Shown: positions 1 through 10,144, numbered from the stretch's first letter. The stretch is 27,551 nt of DNA from an uncultured Candidatus Saccharibacteria bacterium (GCA_964465215.1 CAYXHO010000002.1:1-27551), one strand, 5' to 3'. A program made the numbers and translations. Notes: generated by a model not told the origin, from the sequence alone.

Positions 1-777
1 TTTAGACAAGGGATAGTCGATGTCGAAATATTCACGATAGTAGTCAAGGCAGCGCACAGCAGTTTCTAAAGCAAAATCGGTGAACGCCACATTATCTGGC
101 GTCGCATACGTGCGAACAGTCACACCTCGCTTAGTCTTTGCTTCTTTATAGCCAAGTTCGCCGTATACGAAGGCCAGCAAATAGGTACTCATGATTGGAG
201 TTTTTTCAAATGTAGTCAGCTGCAGCTTGGTGCCTTTTAATAATTCTTGTGATTGTATCGGCGTATTGGAAATAACCCTTTCTCCGACAGGCGTAGTAAG
301 ACTGAGCTGAAACGTAGCTTTTGCTGCCGGCTCATCAATACAAGGAAATACATCACGAGCATGATGACTTTCAAACTGGGTGGCGATTAATTGTTTTTCT
401 ACATCGTCATGCGTAAAGGTACAAGGATATATGCCATCCATATTGTCAGTAATGACGCCAGAAAATTCTACAGTAATAGTATAGGCACCAGGGTAAAGTA
501 ACTCCGCGGTATGCAGACGTACTTCATTAAAGGTCTGTTGAACGTTTACCCGAGATACTACAATCGTTTGGTTGGTTTCTTTGCCATGTCGCACAATACT
601 GGCGGATGAAATTTTGAGTTTATTTTGATGCAGGGTAATACGTTTGCTGGGTCGACCAACTTTTTGGCCCGAGATAATTACTGTACCCGTAAACGTTTTT
701 TGCTCGCGGTCAGGGACAATATTAAGAGTATAATGGTCAGGTTTAAACTGGCTTAGTAGCCTTATAACTCGTTTCAT
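1..777 (-). CDS. pepN: M1-family aminopeptidase (PepN/aminopeptidase N), 5' part; runs off the window start
   Basis: Translated by hand from ATG at 777: MKRVIRLLSQFKPDHYTLNIVP...LIATQFESHHARDVFPCIDEPAAKATF...FEKTPIMSTYLLAF...YFDIDYPLSK. The frame is open to base 1, and TQFE..AR..FPC.DEP..KATF and TP.MSTYLLA are M1 N-terminal motifs. Absent from the supplied ORF track because it has no stop in the window. Confidence 0.93.
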   Translation of the reverse strand, partial: MKRVIRLLSQFKPDHYTLNIVPDREQKTFTGTVIISGQKVGRPSKRITLHQNKLKISSASIVRHGKETNQTIVVSRVNVQQTFNEVRLHTAELLYPGAYTITVEFSGVITDNMDGIYPCTFTHDDVEKQLIATQFESHHARDVFPCIDEPAAKATFQLSLTTPVGERVISNTPIQSQELLKGTKLQLTTFEKTPIMSTYLLAFVYGELGYKEAKTKRGVTVRTYATPDNVAFTDFALETAVRCLDYYREYFDIDYPLSK

Positions 778-784
778 ATCTGGT

Positions 785-793
785 AGTGTAGCA
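785..793 (-). promoter_or_regulatory. Extended -10 promoter (TGcTACACT) for pepN, probably leaderless
   Basis: Minus strand reads TGC-TACACT, then 7 nt, then ATG(777). Confidence 0.6.
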
Positions 794-829
794 TACGGTG
801 AGCAGAGATTGAGGGGCATTTTAAACCTC

Positions 830-859
830 TTGCCAAGAAGTACTGGAGTACGCTATACT
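830..859 (+). promoter_or_regulatory. Sigma70-type promoter for nusA
   Basis: TTGCCA (830-835), 18 nt, TATACT (854-859). Confidence 0.65.
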
Positions 860-870
860 AGTGGTAGTTC

Positions 871-895
871 ATCCGGCCAGCAGGTCGGATTTTTT
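871..895 (+). terminator. Terminator-like hairpin in the nusA 5' leader (putative attenuator)
   Basis: ATCCGGCC-AGCA-GGTCGGAT is an 8-bp stem with one G-U pair, followed by TTTTTAATC. It lies between the promoter and the nusA RBS. Confidence 0.6.
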
Positions 896-923
896 AATCA
901 AATACGATAAAGGAGACAAAATT

Positions 924-2090
924 ATGGAACTAGATATGAAAGGATTGGCACTCGCCGTCCGTACTATCGCAGAAGAAAAAAATTTACCAGAGGAGACGGT
1001 TCAAGAAATAGTTGAACAAGCACTTGCTGCAGCCTATCGCCGTGATTTTGGTGATCGCGAGCAAGAAGTGCGTATTACCATGAACCTCAATACCGGTGAT
1101 GTTGACGCTTATATTACTAAGGAAGTTGTTGAACGCGTTGGTGATGAGCACTTCGAGATTGAACTTGGCCAAGCACAAGTCATGCGCAAAGATGCCAAAA
1201 TCGGTGATATGATTGAAATTCATGAAAAGGTAGAGAACTTTGGCCGTGTTGCTGCTCAAACAGCCAAGCAAGTGATCTTGCAAAGACTCCGCGAAGCCGA
1301 ACGAGAAATAGTCATGGCTGAATATGATGACAAGATAGGTACCGTCATTAACGGTATCGTCAGCCGCGTCGAAGGCATGATTGTACGCATAGATCTTGGC
1401 AAAGCACAAGGTATTATGCCAAAGAGCGAACAAATCCAGGGTGAACGCTACTACCCAGGACAGCGTCTAAAGGTTTACCTTAAGGATGTCGAACGTGGCT
1501 TCCGTGGCCCACAGCTGGTTGTCAGCCGTGGCTCAACAGAATTCATTCGTGACTTATTTGCCAATGAAGTTCCAGAAATGGAAAATGGTTCGGTTGAAAT
1601 TAAAGCAATTGCACGAGAAGCAGGTGTTCGAAGCAAAATTGCTGTTTCCAGCAGTATCCCTGGGATTGATCCAGTTGGAACATTTGTTGGTGGTCATGGA
1701 ACGCGCGTAAATGCCGTCATGAGCGAGATAGGTGAGCAAGAAAAGATAGACATCGTAGTATTTGATGAAGACACTAAGAAGTTTATTACAAACGCATTGA
1801 ACCCGACCAAGGTTCTTAAAGTCACTCTTTTTGAAGCAGATAAGAAAGCAAGGGTTATAGTTGCCGAAGATCAACTAAGTATTGCTATTGGTAAGGGCGG
1901 TCAAAATGTCCGACTAGCCAGCAAGCTTACTGGATACACTATTGATGTATCTGCTGAAGAAGAAAAACCAGTTGAAAAGCCAGTTGAAAAACCTGCTGCA
2001 CCAGCTGAGCCAAAAGCTGCTCCAAAGATTAAGCGAAAAGAACAGCTCGAAAGTAGCCTTCTTGACGCCATCGAAGAACACGGCGAATAG
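924..2090 (+). CDS. nusA: Transcription termination/antitermination factor NusA
   Basis: FGRVAAQTAKQVI, S1 domain, KH domains (AREAGVRSKIAV, DPVGTFVG, AIGKGGQNVRLASKLTG). Start placed at ATG 924 behind AAGGAG (910-915) rather than GTG 861. Confidence 0.97.
   Translation: MELDMKGLALAVRTIAEEKNLPEETVQEIVEQALAAAYRRDFGDREQEVRITMNLNTGDVDAYITKEVVERVGDEHFEIELGQAQVMRKDAKIGDMIEIHEKVENFGRVAAQTAKQVILQRLREAEREIVMAEYDDKIGTVINGIVSRVEGMIVRIDLGKAQGIMPKSEQIQGERYYPGQRLKVYLKDVERGFRGPQLVVSRGSTEFIRDLFANEVPEMENGSVEIKAIAREAGVRSKIAVSSSIPGIDPVGTFVGGHGTRVNAVMSEIGEQEKIDIVVFDEDTKKFITNALNPTKVLKVTLFEADKKARVIVAEDQLSIAIGKGGQNVRLASKLTGYTIDVSAEEEKPVEKPVEKPAAPAEPKAAPKIKRKEQLESSLLDAIEEHGE
1962..1994 (+). repeat. Short in-frame 12-nt tandem repeat (EKPV-EKPV-EKP) in the NusA C-terminal tail
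   Basis: gaaaaaccagtt gaaaagccagtt gaaaaacct. Confidence 0.7.
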
Positions 2091-2117
2091 ATAAATCTCT
2101 TGATAATTTAAGAAATG

Positions 2118-2144
2118 TTAGCACTCTTGCATGTGGAGTGCTAA
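2118..2144 (+). promoter_or_regulatory. CIRCE element (HrcA operator) upstream of clpC
   Basis: Perfect TTAGCACTC-N9-GAGTGCTAA. It overlaps TTGCAT (2127-2132), which lies 17 nt before an extended -10 TGtTATTAT (2147-2155). Confidence 0.96.
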
Positions 2145-2191
2145 CTTGTTATTATGGATTTATGTGATGAATAGCGTCACCAGGGGGAACC

Positions 2192-4666
2192 ATGCAAGAT
2201 ACACCAGACTTTCAAGAATTTCTTAATCATTTGACCGACAACGCGTTGCAAAGCCTCAAGCATGCCGATGCAATTGCTCGTGGTTTTGGTAGTCCATATA
2301 TTGGTACTGAACATCTACTGCTTGGCGTCTTGGCTCAAGACGGTAGCATGGGTGCTAAACTGCTGGATGGAGCTGGTGTAACGCTTGATCGTGCACGCCT
2401 CGCACTCAACCTAACTCCTAAAACTGCAACCGTCAGTAATGCTGGTGCAAAGGGTCTTAGTGAAATGTCTAAGCTCACCCTCAAAATGGCCTATGACGTT
2501 GCTCAAGACTTTGCTCAAGATTACTGTGGAACCGAACATATTCTCTATAGTATTCTTACGCAAAAGAATGCTCGGGCTACAATTTTACTCCGCGACATGA
2601 ACATTAATGTTGATATGCTAACTGCCGAGCTCGAACACTTTTTAAATCGTCAACAAATGGCTGACGATCCTACTGGAACTGGTCAGAAAACTGGTCGACG
2701 TAAACGTAAAACTGCGCTCGATTTTTTCGGTACTGATCTGACGTCCCTGGCGCGGAGTGGCAAACTTGATCCAGTCGTGGGGCGTGAAAAGCAAATAGCT
2801 CGAGTAATTACCATCCTCAATAGACGCACAAAGAATAATCCCGTACTCATTGGAGAACCGGGCGTTGGTAAAACTGCTATTGTAGAAGGGCTCGCTCAAC
2901 GAATAGTATCTGAAGACGTGCCGGATAGCCTCCTTGACAAGCGCATTGTTATGCTAGATCTGGCAGGTATGATAGCTGGCACCAAGTATCGTGGCGAATT
3001 CGAAGAACGCCTTAAAAAAGTCATGGCCGAACTGGAAGAAGATAATCATGTTATTGTCTTCATTGACGAGCTACACCTCATCGTTGGAGCTGGATCAGCT
3101 GAAGGTGCTATGGATGCTGGTAATATCCTTAAGCCGGCACTTGCACGCGGCAAAATGCAGCTCATTGGCGCCACTACCACAACTGAATACACTAAACATA
3201 TCGAAAAAGACGCCGCACTGGAGCGACGCTTCCAACCTGTTCAGGTGCCAGAAACAACTGTGCCCGAGACTCTTGCCATCTTAAAGGGTCTCCGCAAGCA
3301 TTACGAAGATTTTCATGGTGTGACGGTAAGTGACGAAGTACTTGGGGATATCGTAACGTTTGCAGATCGCTATATTAATGATCGATTTATGCCTGATAAA
3401 GCAATCGATCTCCTTGATGAAACAGCTGCTCACCTCCGGGTAGGCAAAGGTAAAACACCACCAGAAATCCGCAATCTAAAGAAAGAGCTTAAGCTGGTCA
3501 ATGCCCGTAAAGAAGAAGCAGGCGAAAACGAAGACTACGAGAAAGCTGCAGAGTATAAAACCCGAGCCAGCCAGATCGAAGAAGAACTTAAAAACTTGCA
3601 GTCAAGTGCCAAACATGCCGACCAGCTAACGCTCACCAGTGATGACGTTGCTGAAGTTGTAGCTCGTATGACTGGTGTGCCGGTAAAACGTGTCGTCAAA
3701 TCAGAAGCTAAGCATTTACTTACTCTTGAGAAAACGCTGGCTAAGCATGTTATTGGTCAAGACGAGGCGGTAACAGCTGTTTCGCGCGCAATTCGTCGTA
3801 GTCGCTCTGGCATTGCCAGCAGCAGGCGCCCAATTGGTTCATTCATATTCCTTGGCCCAACCGGTGTGGGTAAAACTGAACTTGCTCGTGTTCTTGCAGA
3901 TCACTTCTTTGGTAGTCGCGACGCACTTATTAAGATAGATATGAGCGAATTTAGTGAACGTCACACTGCGGCTCGCTTAGTTGGTGCTCCAGCCGGGTAT
4001 GTAGGATATGAAGATGGCGGTCAATTAACCGATAAAGTACGTCGTCAACCCTATAGCCTAATCTTGTTTGACGAAATAGAAAAGGCTCACCCTGAAATAT
4101 TTAATATGCTCTTGCAGATCCTCGAGGACGGTGTTCTTACAGATGCTAAGGGGCGCAAAATCGATTTCACAAACACGATCATCATTATGACCAGTAACGT
4201 TGGAGCCGATAAGCTGCAACAAGAAGCAAGTCTTGGTTTTCAGGTAGATTCGAAAGCTGATCAAAAAGACTTAGACGCGCTCCATGCTCGCAACAAAGAC
4301 AAAGTTCGCGATGAACTCAAAAAACTAATGCGTCCTGAATTACTCAATCGACTAGATAAAGTAATCGTCTTTAGAGCTCTCACCAAAGATAATGCCCTTA
4401 AAATTGTTGACTTACAACTCGACGAGCTAAGTCAAAGACTCATTAAGCATGGTATTGGACTCCAAGTGAGTATGGCAGCTAAGAAAGTTCTCTTAGAAGA
4501 AGGCTATGACGCGAAAAATGGTGTCCGTCCACTACGACGCCTTATACAAGACACCATCGAAGATCATATTGCCGACGAAGTGTTGAAACAATCATATAGC
4601 AAGGGAACGATGGTGAAAGTTGGGGCAAAAGGTACGACCCTGACATATTCATCTGACGCCGAATAA
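2192..4666 (+). CDS. clpC: ATP-dependent Clp protease ATPase subunit, ClpC type
   Basis: Two Clp-N repeats ([18 protein letters not shown]), Walker A GEPGVGKT and [19 protein letters not shown], a UVR-like coiled middle domain, and the ClpP-binding LGF loop (EASLGFQ). Confidence 0.95.
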   Translation: MQDTPDFQEFLNHLTDNALQSLKHADAIARGFGSPYIGTEHLLLGVLAQDGSMGAKLLDGAGVTLDRARLALNLTPKTATVSNAGAKGLSEMSKLTLKMAYDVAQDFAQDYCGTEHILYSILTQKNARATILLRDMNINVDMLTAELEHFLNRQQMADDPTGTGQKTGRRKRKTALDFFGTDLTSLARSGKLDPVVGREKQIARVITILNRRTKNNPVLIGEPGVGKTAIVEGLAQRIVSEDVPDSLLDKRIVMLDLAGMIAGTKYRGEFEERLKKVMAELEEDNHVIVFIDELHLIVGAGSAEGAMDAGNILKPALARGKMQLIGATTTTEYTKHIEKDAALERRFQPVQVPETTVPETLAILKGLRKHYEDFHGVTVSDEVLGDIVTFADRYINDRFMPDKAIDLLDETAAHLRVGKGKTPPEIRNLKKELKLVNARKEEAGENEDYEKAAEYKTRASQIEEELKNLQSSAKHADQLTLTSDDVAEVVARMTGVPVKRVVKSEAKHLLTLEKTLAKHVIGQDEAVTAVSRAIRRSRSGIASSRRPIGSFIFLGPTGVGKTELARVLADHFFGSRDALIKIDMSEFSERHTAARLVGAPAGYVGYEDGGQLTDKVRRQPYSLILFDEIEKAHPEIFNMLLQILEDGVLTDAKGRKIDFTNTIIIMTSNVGADKLQQEASLGFQVDSKADQKDLDALHARNKDKVRDELKKLMRPELLNRLDKVIVFRALTKDNALKIVDLQLDELSQRLIKHGIGLQVSMAAKKVLLEEGYDAKNGVRPLRRLIQDTIEDHIADEVLKQSYSKGTMVKVGAKGTTLTYSSDAE

Positions 4667-4679
4667 CGCCCAAGTACGC

Positions 4680-4685
4680 TATACT
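4680..4685 (+). promoter_or_regulatory. -10 hexamer TATACT, leaderless promoter for the 4692 ORF
   Basis: 6 nt before the ATG, with no SD. The 15-mer AGTACGCTATACTAG (4673-4687) is identical to 847-861 in the nusA promoter. Confidence 0.65.
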
Positions 4686-4691
4686 AGAATC

Positions 4692-5681
4692 ATGCAAACA
4701 CAAGCGTTTTCTGGGCAACGACGCTCATACAAAAGGCTTCTAGGCTCATTATTACTAATTGCCATCTGTACTGGCGTATTCTGGCAAAGGCAGAATATTT
4801 TAGATTGGTGGAATCTGAGAAATTACACTCCAAGTGTCAATGCTGCACAGCTGGCTACCGAAACAACTATGACGAATTATGGTCGACGGATCTTTTATGT
4901 GCAAAAGCCAGAACTCCAAGAGAAAGCCGCCTTTTATAAAAGTTGCGAAGAAGGCGAAACTACAATTGTCCTTGGATGCTTTAAACCAAATAACGGTATT
5001 TACATTTTAAATGTTACCGATGATCGGCTGCATGGAGTCGAGCAAGTAACCGCCGCCCATGAAATGCTTCACGCTGCATATGCACGCTTAAGTTATCGAG
5101 ATCAGCAACGACTTAGCACCCAACTCACTAACGCTTATGCTGCTGTACGAGATACAAACATCAGAAGTAAAATTGATTTATATCGTACCAGTGGAGCTGA
5201 TGTTTCCAATGAATTACATTCTATTTTAGCAACAGAAGTTGCGACATTGCCAGATGAATTAGAGTCATATTACTCAAAATTCTTTTCAGAGCGTAAAAAA
5301 ATCGTTAATTTTGCGGTTGCCTATCAATCCGAATTTACTCGTCGAAAAGAGATGGTCGATACACTCGACGCCAAGCTCAAAGAGTTAGAGACAACCATAG
5401 TTGCTAACAATAAAGCATTAGACGAACAGCAAGCAGCAATTCAGGCTGAAGGCAAACGCCTTGACTCACTCTTAAATCAAGGTCAAATTGAAGCATATAA
5501 CAGTGGTGTAGCTGCTTACAACAAAAGTCTGATTCCATTTCGGAGTGCAATCGCACAGACCAAACAACTCGTAGAACAGTACAAGACAATTTTAAGTCAA
5601 CGTAACCAAGTTGCCGCTGAGGCTCAAGAACTAGAAAAAGCACTAGACAGTCGCATACAAACAACCATCGAAAATATCTAG
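4692..5681 (+). CDS. Membrane-anchored protein with HEXXH zinc-metallopeptidase motif and C-terminal coiled coil
   Basis: Basic N-terminus plus hydrophobic segment (LLGSLLLIAICTGVFW), AAHEMLHAAY at 5058-5072, a Cys pair, and a heptad-rich C-terminal third. Confidence 0.75.
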   Translation: MQTQAFSGQRRSYKRLLGSLLLIAICTGVFWQRQNILDWWNLRNYTPSVNAAQLATETTMTNYGRRIFYVQKPELQEKAAFYKSCEEGETTIVLGCFKPNNGIYILNVTDDRLHGVEQVTAAHEMLHAAYARLSYRDQQRLSTQLTNAYAAVRDTNIRSKIDLYRTSGADVSNELHSILATEVATLPDELESYYSKFFSERKKIVNFAVAYQSEFTRRKEMVDTLDAKLKELETTIVANNKALDEQQAAIQAEGKRLDSLLNQGQIEAYNSGVAAYNKSLIPFRSAIAQTKQLVEQYKTILSQRNQVAAEAQELEKALDSRIQTTIENI

Positions 5682-5690
5682 CCCCGAATT

Positions 5691-5699
5691 TGTTACAAT
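5691..5699 (+). promoter_or_regulatory. Extended -10 promoter (TGtTACAAT) for radA
   Basis: Followed by SD AAGGAGG and ATG 5720. Confidence 0.6.
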
Positions 5700-5719
5700 A
5701 GCAACATAAAGGAGGGCGT

Positions 5720-7066
5720 ATGGCTAAATCATCGGTACGTTATGAATGTAGTAATTGCGGCGCAATCAGCAGCGCCTGGGCAGGGAGATGTCATTCATGC
5801 GGTGAATGGAACACCCTTCAAGAAGAATTACTCATAGACAACGTTAGTGATGCGACCAAATCGGGTAGGGTGCTCTCTCCGACCTCATTGACGAATGTTC
5901 GTAAACAATCTCGCGAACCTCGACTTACCACACATATGCCTGAAGTCGACATAGTACTTGGGGGCGGTCTCGTTGCCGGTAGCGTTACACTTATTGCTGG
6001 ACAACCCGGCATTGGTAAAAGTACGCTTCTGCTGCAACTCGCTGACGCAGTCGCCTCAGATCAGCCTGTATTATACGTAAGTGGAGAAGAATCGGCTCAC
6101 CAAGTTGCCATGCGTGCAGAGCGGCTTGGAGCAAAGCATACTAAACTTGATATAGTTTCGAGTGATAGCACAGACGATATAGCCAGTACAATTGCCAGCG
6201 GAGCATATCGTTTGGTTATAGTTGACTCTATCCAAACGGTGAGCACCAATAAAATTAGCTCTGCTCCAGGCAGCGTGAGTCAAATAACCAATAGCACCCA
6301 TTTGCTTAGTACGGTTGCCAAAGACACTAACACTGCACTCCTCATTGTCGGGCATGTGACCAAAGAGGGGTCGATTGCCGGTCCAAAGATATTAGAACAC
6401 GTTGTTGACGTTGTATTGCAGCTTGAAGGTGATCGCTATGGCGGTTTTAAAGTACTCCGTAGTATTAAGAACCGCTATGGTTCGACCAATGAAGCAGGAA
6501 TATTTGAAATGCTCGAAACCGGACTTCAACCGGTTTCTAACCCATCTGCCGCGTTGCTAGCCGAACGACAAGTAAGTGATGGCTCAGTAGTTTTAGCTAC
6601 TATAGAGGGTAGTCGACCCTTGCTCGTAGAGGTTCAAGCATTGGTGAATCGAACAAGCTACGGGTATCCCAAGCGTGCAGCAAGCGGAATAGACCTCAAC
6701 CGTGTTAACTTACTTATAGCTATGCTGGAGCGGCGAACCAAGCTTAATCTAGCCGAACAAGATATTTATATTAATGTTGTTGGTGGCATAAAAATATCCG
6801 AACCGGCAGCCGACCTAGCTGTCGTTATGGCAATCGCCAGTGCCAGCAAAGGTATGCAACTTAAACGCAACTCCGTCGTATTTGGAGAACTCGGCTTGAG
6901 CGGCGAAGTACGACACGTACCTTTTATCGAAAAACGCCTAGCGGAAGCTAAGAAACTTGGTTTTGACGGTGCCATCGGACCGGTAGTGCGAAGTGGAAAG
7001 AAGCCGACCGGACTCCACAGCGTTTCCGATGTACGCAGTGCCCTTAATACATACTTAGAAGTTTAA
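5720..7066 (+). CDS. radA: DNA repair protein RadA/Sms
   Basis: C4 zinc finger CSNC...CHSC, Walker A GQPGIGKST, KNRYG motif, Lon-like C-terminal domain (PAADLAV, GELGLSGEVR). Confidence 0.97.
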   Translation: MAKSSVRYECSNCGAISSAWAGRCHSCGEWNTLQEELLIDNVSDATKSGRVLSPTSLTNVRKQSREPRLTTHMPEVDIVLGGGLVAGSVTLIAGQPGIGKSTLLLQLADAVASDQPVLYVSGEESAHQVAMRAERLGAKHTKLDIVSSDSTDDIASTIASGAYRLVIVDSIQTVSTNKISSAPGSVSQITNSTHLLSTVAKDTNTALLIVGHVTKEGSIAGPKILEHVVDVVLQLEGDRYGGFKVLRSIKNRYGSTNEAGIFEMLETGLQPVSNPSAALLAERQVSDGSVVLATIEGSRPLLVEVQALVNRTSYGYPKRAASGIDLNRVNLLIAMLERRTKLNLAEQDIYINVVGGIKISEPAADLAVVMAIASASKGMQLKRNSVVFGELGLSGEVRHVPFIEKRLAEAKKLGFDGAIGPVVRSGKKPTGLHSVSDVRSALNTYLEV

Positions 7067-7077
7067 ATACAAGCTAC

Positions 7078-10000
7078 CTAAGGACCACTGACCGTAACGG
7101 TTGAAGTAGCATCTTTAGCAATCGCTGATCCAGCAAAATTACTAACTGCATACGATCCTGAACAACCAAGCGATGAAGCTAGTGCACTACATATCAAAGT
7201 AGTTCCATTGGAGCGAAAGACCGAGACAGTACCCGTACCGCCGGTCCAGCTTACGGTAGCGTTGCCTCCACCGGCATTGGTTGCCTTAACACTCAGCCCC
7301 GTACCGACACCCGTGACGCTTGATTCCGCGCTGGAAGCGTCGTAGAGGACGCTATCTACAATTTGAGCATAGATGGACTTGGTACCAATAAAGTTTGGCG
7401 TGTAGGTATAGGCTGCGACCGCAAACCCTGGCGCACTGAGTTCAACCGTTTGGACAATTTGGCCATCTACAATGTAATTCACCTTACCTGTAAATTTCTC
7501 GCTCGATATTGGGTGCGTACCTTGCGCGACGTTGGCAGATAACAGGAAACTGCCACCGCTTGGCGTAATGTTAAGTGCAATGGTCGGTTTTGTGTCCGTA
7601 CATAGGTGAACGTCATCTTTGTCATTGGTATCAGTTCCGTTACCACCACCGGCTATCGTATCAACAGAGAATTGGTTAGCAGATGCGCCAGTAGTTTTTT
7701 CTTTTGCTCCTTCGGGTGTACATTCTGAAGCAAGTTTGCCAGATACTTTATCAATCACCTGGTTCGATGCAGTCTTAGGTGTAGCTTTATACCACGATGG
7801 GAATAGATCGGTACTTGGGCTAGGAATGACTGCTCCGGCAGTTTTGTTACTTGGCCGAGAAGTGACAACATAGGCTGGAAGCGTTTGAATGCCAGCTGGT
7901 TTTTGCCAGTCAAATGCAGTTTGGCCGTCATGGGCGCGGTTCATCCAGCCTTGCCAAATTGGCTGCGTCATTGCTTCCATAGTACCGCTCATAACTTTTT
8001 GACGGGTGTGGTAGCCGACCCAAACACCAGCAGCATACTGTGGTGAATAGCCCATCATCCATCCATCTTTGTTATCATTGGTCGTTCCAGTCTTCATAGC
8101 GAACTTCCAACCCTTGTAGCGGTGCGGCTTACGACCGGCAGGAAAATAGCTCGCGTTTGGATCACTGAGCATATCAATCACTATGTAAGCTGAATCTTGC
8201 TTTATGACCTGCGTACCTTTACTTGGCTTCCATTCACTTATTGTTTTACCGGATGAATTCGTAATCTTGAGGATATAGGTTTGGGGAATATTAAGACCGT
8301 TACGTGACAGACTGCCATAGGCATGCACATGCTCGTCGAGGTGCAAGAAGGCACCGTCACCAATAGCAGCTGACAGATAACACTGGGTTTCCTTGGTGTT
8401 TTGTTCGTCAGAGTAACACTTATAACCACTCTTAAGACCAAGCTTTTCGGCAGTGCCAATGGTCTTGTCGACACCAGCCATGAGCATAGACTTAACCGCT
8501 GGAACGTTACGTGAACCGCCTAGTGAATAGCGCAGCGTGAGTGGACCAGGGTAATAGAAGTCGTAATCCCACAAACAATGTCCACTACCGTTTGGATCAT
8601 CCCTTGGTCGCTTCTTATTTGTACATGGATAGCTACCTGCTTCACCACCGTTGATCGGGCCTTGGGTGTCGTAGATAACCGAACCAGCACCAACGTTTTG
8701 TTTGCTATCGATTAAGGCTGCATAGTCGTATGGTTTAAAGCTTGAGCCTGGAGGTAATGGCGAAGTTGCATAGTTATACTTACCAAAATCAGGGTTGTTA
8801 AAGTCGGTGCCACCAACCAGGGCCACCATTTGACCCGTCTTAACATCTTCAGCAGCAAAAGCAGCTACATCCCCACCTTGGCGTCGAACCTGAGCAATAC
8901 CTTTGGCAACTTGTTCTTCAGCGATAGCCTGCTTGTCAAGATCTAGCGTCGTAAGGACGGTCCAACCACCGACCTTTGCGGAATCAACACCGCCACGTTG
9001 TTCTTCAAGCTGTTTCTTAGCAGCCAATACAAACCACGGCGCCTTAATGCCAGCATATTTATTCTGTGGCTGCTCTTTAACTTTAGCGAGCGTATCGACT
9101 TTTTTAGCTTCTTCTAATTGTGCCTTGGTGATCATCTTCTGTTCATACATTAGACCAAGGATATATTGTTGACGGCTCTTTAGCGCAGTCGTCGACTCAA
9201 CAGGATTACTCTTAAAGTAGGCACCGTATGGCGAGTAATAAGAAGGAGACTGCGGGATGGCTGCCATAAAGGCCGCTTCATCCAGGGTTAAATCTTTGGC
9301 TGACTTCTGGAAGTAATCTCGTGTTGCAGCTTCTACGCCATACTGTACGTTTCCGTATGGTGCGGTGTCGAGATAGCCGGCCAAAATTTCTTGCTTAGAA
9401 TAACTTCGTTCCAGCTCAACAGACAAGATAAGCTCTTTTGCTTTACGGGTGTACGAACGATCTTTTGTCCAGTTTTGAGTTAGTTTTACGAGCTGTTGGG
9501 TAATAGTCGAACCACCTTGGGTGTTACCTTTTCCAAGGGCATTACTAATGCCGGCACGCATAATACCGCGTACATCAAAACCACCGTGCTTAAAGAAATC
9601 TTTGTCTTCTATAGCTACGGTCGCATCCCGCATAAACTGATTATGTCCTTCCTGGCCAACGGGTACACGTTTAACAGCGTCATAGTCCTCCCATAGCAGA
9701 ACTTTCTTGGTACGATCTACATAACGAATACTGCCGCCAAACTGATCGCCATTTATGTCGCGAAGGTTTGGCAAGTCTTTACGAAAATAAGCGAAGAGTC
9801 CAACCAACAACAAGAATCCGGCTATTAATCCAACACCGGTAATTTTAAGTGCCATAATGCCGCCATCTCGGCTAAACCAGTACTTGTACATACGACGGGG
9901 CTCGAAATGATACAAGAAACGCTTAAATCGCCCTTTCGGCAATGAAGCGAGGCGTTCTGCTTTTCGAGTCGCTTTAGCATTCTTTTGAGAAGTCAGGCGA

Positions 10001-10104
10001 TCTGCTAAACTACGATTTATTTTAATGGTTTTGCCACTACGAGTGACATGGGTGTTCTTTCGTGGATTGACCGGTCTTCTACTGCCGCTAGTTGGGGTGC
10101 TCAT
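7078..10104 (-). CDS. Class A penicillin-binding protein (transglycosylase + transpeptidase) with C-terminal beta-sandwich extension
   Basis: Single TM, then GT51 motifs EDKDFFKHGG, GGSTITQQLVK, RKAKE. Transpeptidase motifs SSFK, SRN, KTGT. Ser/Thr/Gly-rich Ig-like C-terminus. Confidence 0.95.
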   Translation of the reverse strand: MSTPTSGSRRPVNPRKNTHVTRSGKTIKINRSLADRLTSQKNAKATRKAERLASLPKGRFKRFLYHFEPRRMYKYWFSRDGGIMALKITGVGLIAGFLLLVGLFAYFRKDLPNLRDINGDQFGGSIRYVDRTKKVLLWEDYDAVKRVPVGQEGHNQFMRDATVAIEDKDFFKHGGFDVRGIMRAGISNALGKGNTQGGSTITQQLVKLTQNWTKDRSYTRKAKELILSVELERSYSKQEILAGYLDTAPYGNVQYGVEAATRDYFQKSAKDLTLDEAAFMAAIPQSPSYYSPYGAYFKSNPVESTTALKSRQQYILGLMYEQKMITKAQLEEAKKVDTLAKVKEQPQNKYAGIKAPWFVLAAKKQLEEQRGGVDSAKVGGWTVLTTLDLDKQAIAEEQVAKGIAQVRRQGGDVAAFAAEDVKTGQMVALVGGTDFNNPDFGKYNYATSPLPPGSSFKPYDYAALIDSKQNVGAGSVIYDTQGPINGGEAGSYPCTNKKRPRDDPNGSGHCLWDYDFYYPGPLTLRYSLGGSRNVPAVKSMLMAGVDKTIGTAEKLGLKSGYKCYSDEQNTKETQCYLSAAIGDGAFLHLDEHVHAYGSLSRNGLNIPQTYILKITNSSGKTISEWKPSKGTQVIKQDSAYIVIDMLSDPNASYFPAGRKPHRYKGWKFAMKTGTTNDNKDGWMMGYSPQYAAGVWVGYHTRQKVMSGTMEAMTQPIWQGWMNRAHDGQTAFDWQKPAGIQTLPAYVVTSRPSNKTAGAVIPSPSTDLFPSWYKATPKTASNQVIDKVSGKLASECTPEGAKEKTTGASANQFSVDTIAGGGNGTDTNDKDDVHLCTDTKPTIALNITPSGGSFLLSANVAQGTHPISSEKFTGKVNYIVDGQIVQTVELSAPGFAVAAYTYTPNFIGTKSIYAQIVDSVLYDASSAESSVTGVGTGLSVKATNAGGGNATVSWTGGTGTVSVFRSNGTTLICSALASSLGCSGSYAVSNFAGSAIAKDATSTVTVSGP

Positions 10105-10135
10105 GAGTATTGTTGTACGCTCCTTTGATGCTTGT

Positions 10136-10144
10136 AGTATAGCA
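10136..10144 (-). promoter_or_regulatory. Extended -10 promoter (TGcTATACT) for the PBP gene, divergent from tyrS
   Basis: Minus strand reads TTTGCTATACTACAAGCATCAAAGGAG...ATG(10104). Confidence 0.6.

Noticed and set aside
2162-2226. ATG-TGA start-stop at the predicted clpC TSS plus an overlapping 19-codon uORF from 2167
   Set aside because: No independent support; such short frames arise readily by chance.
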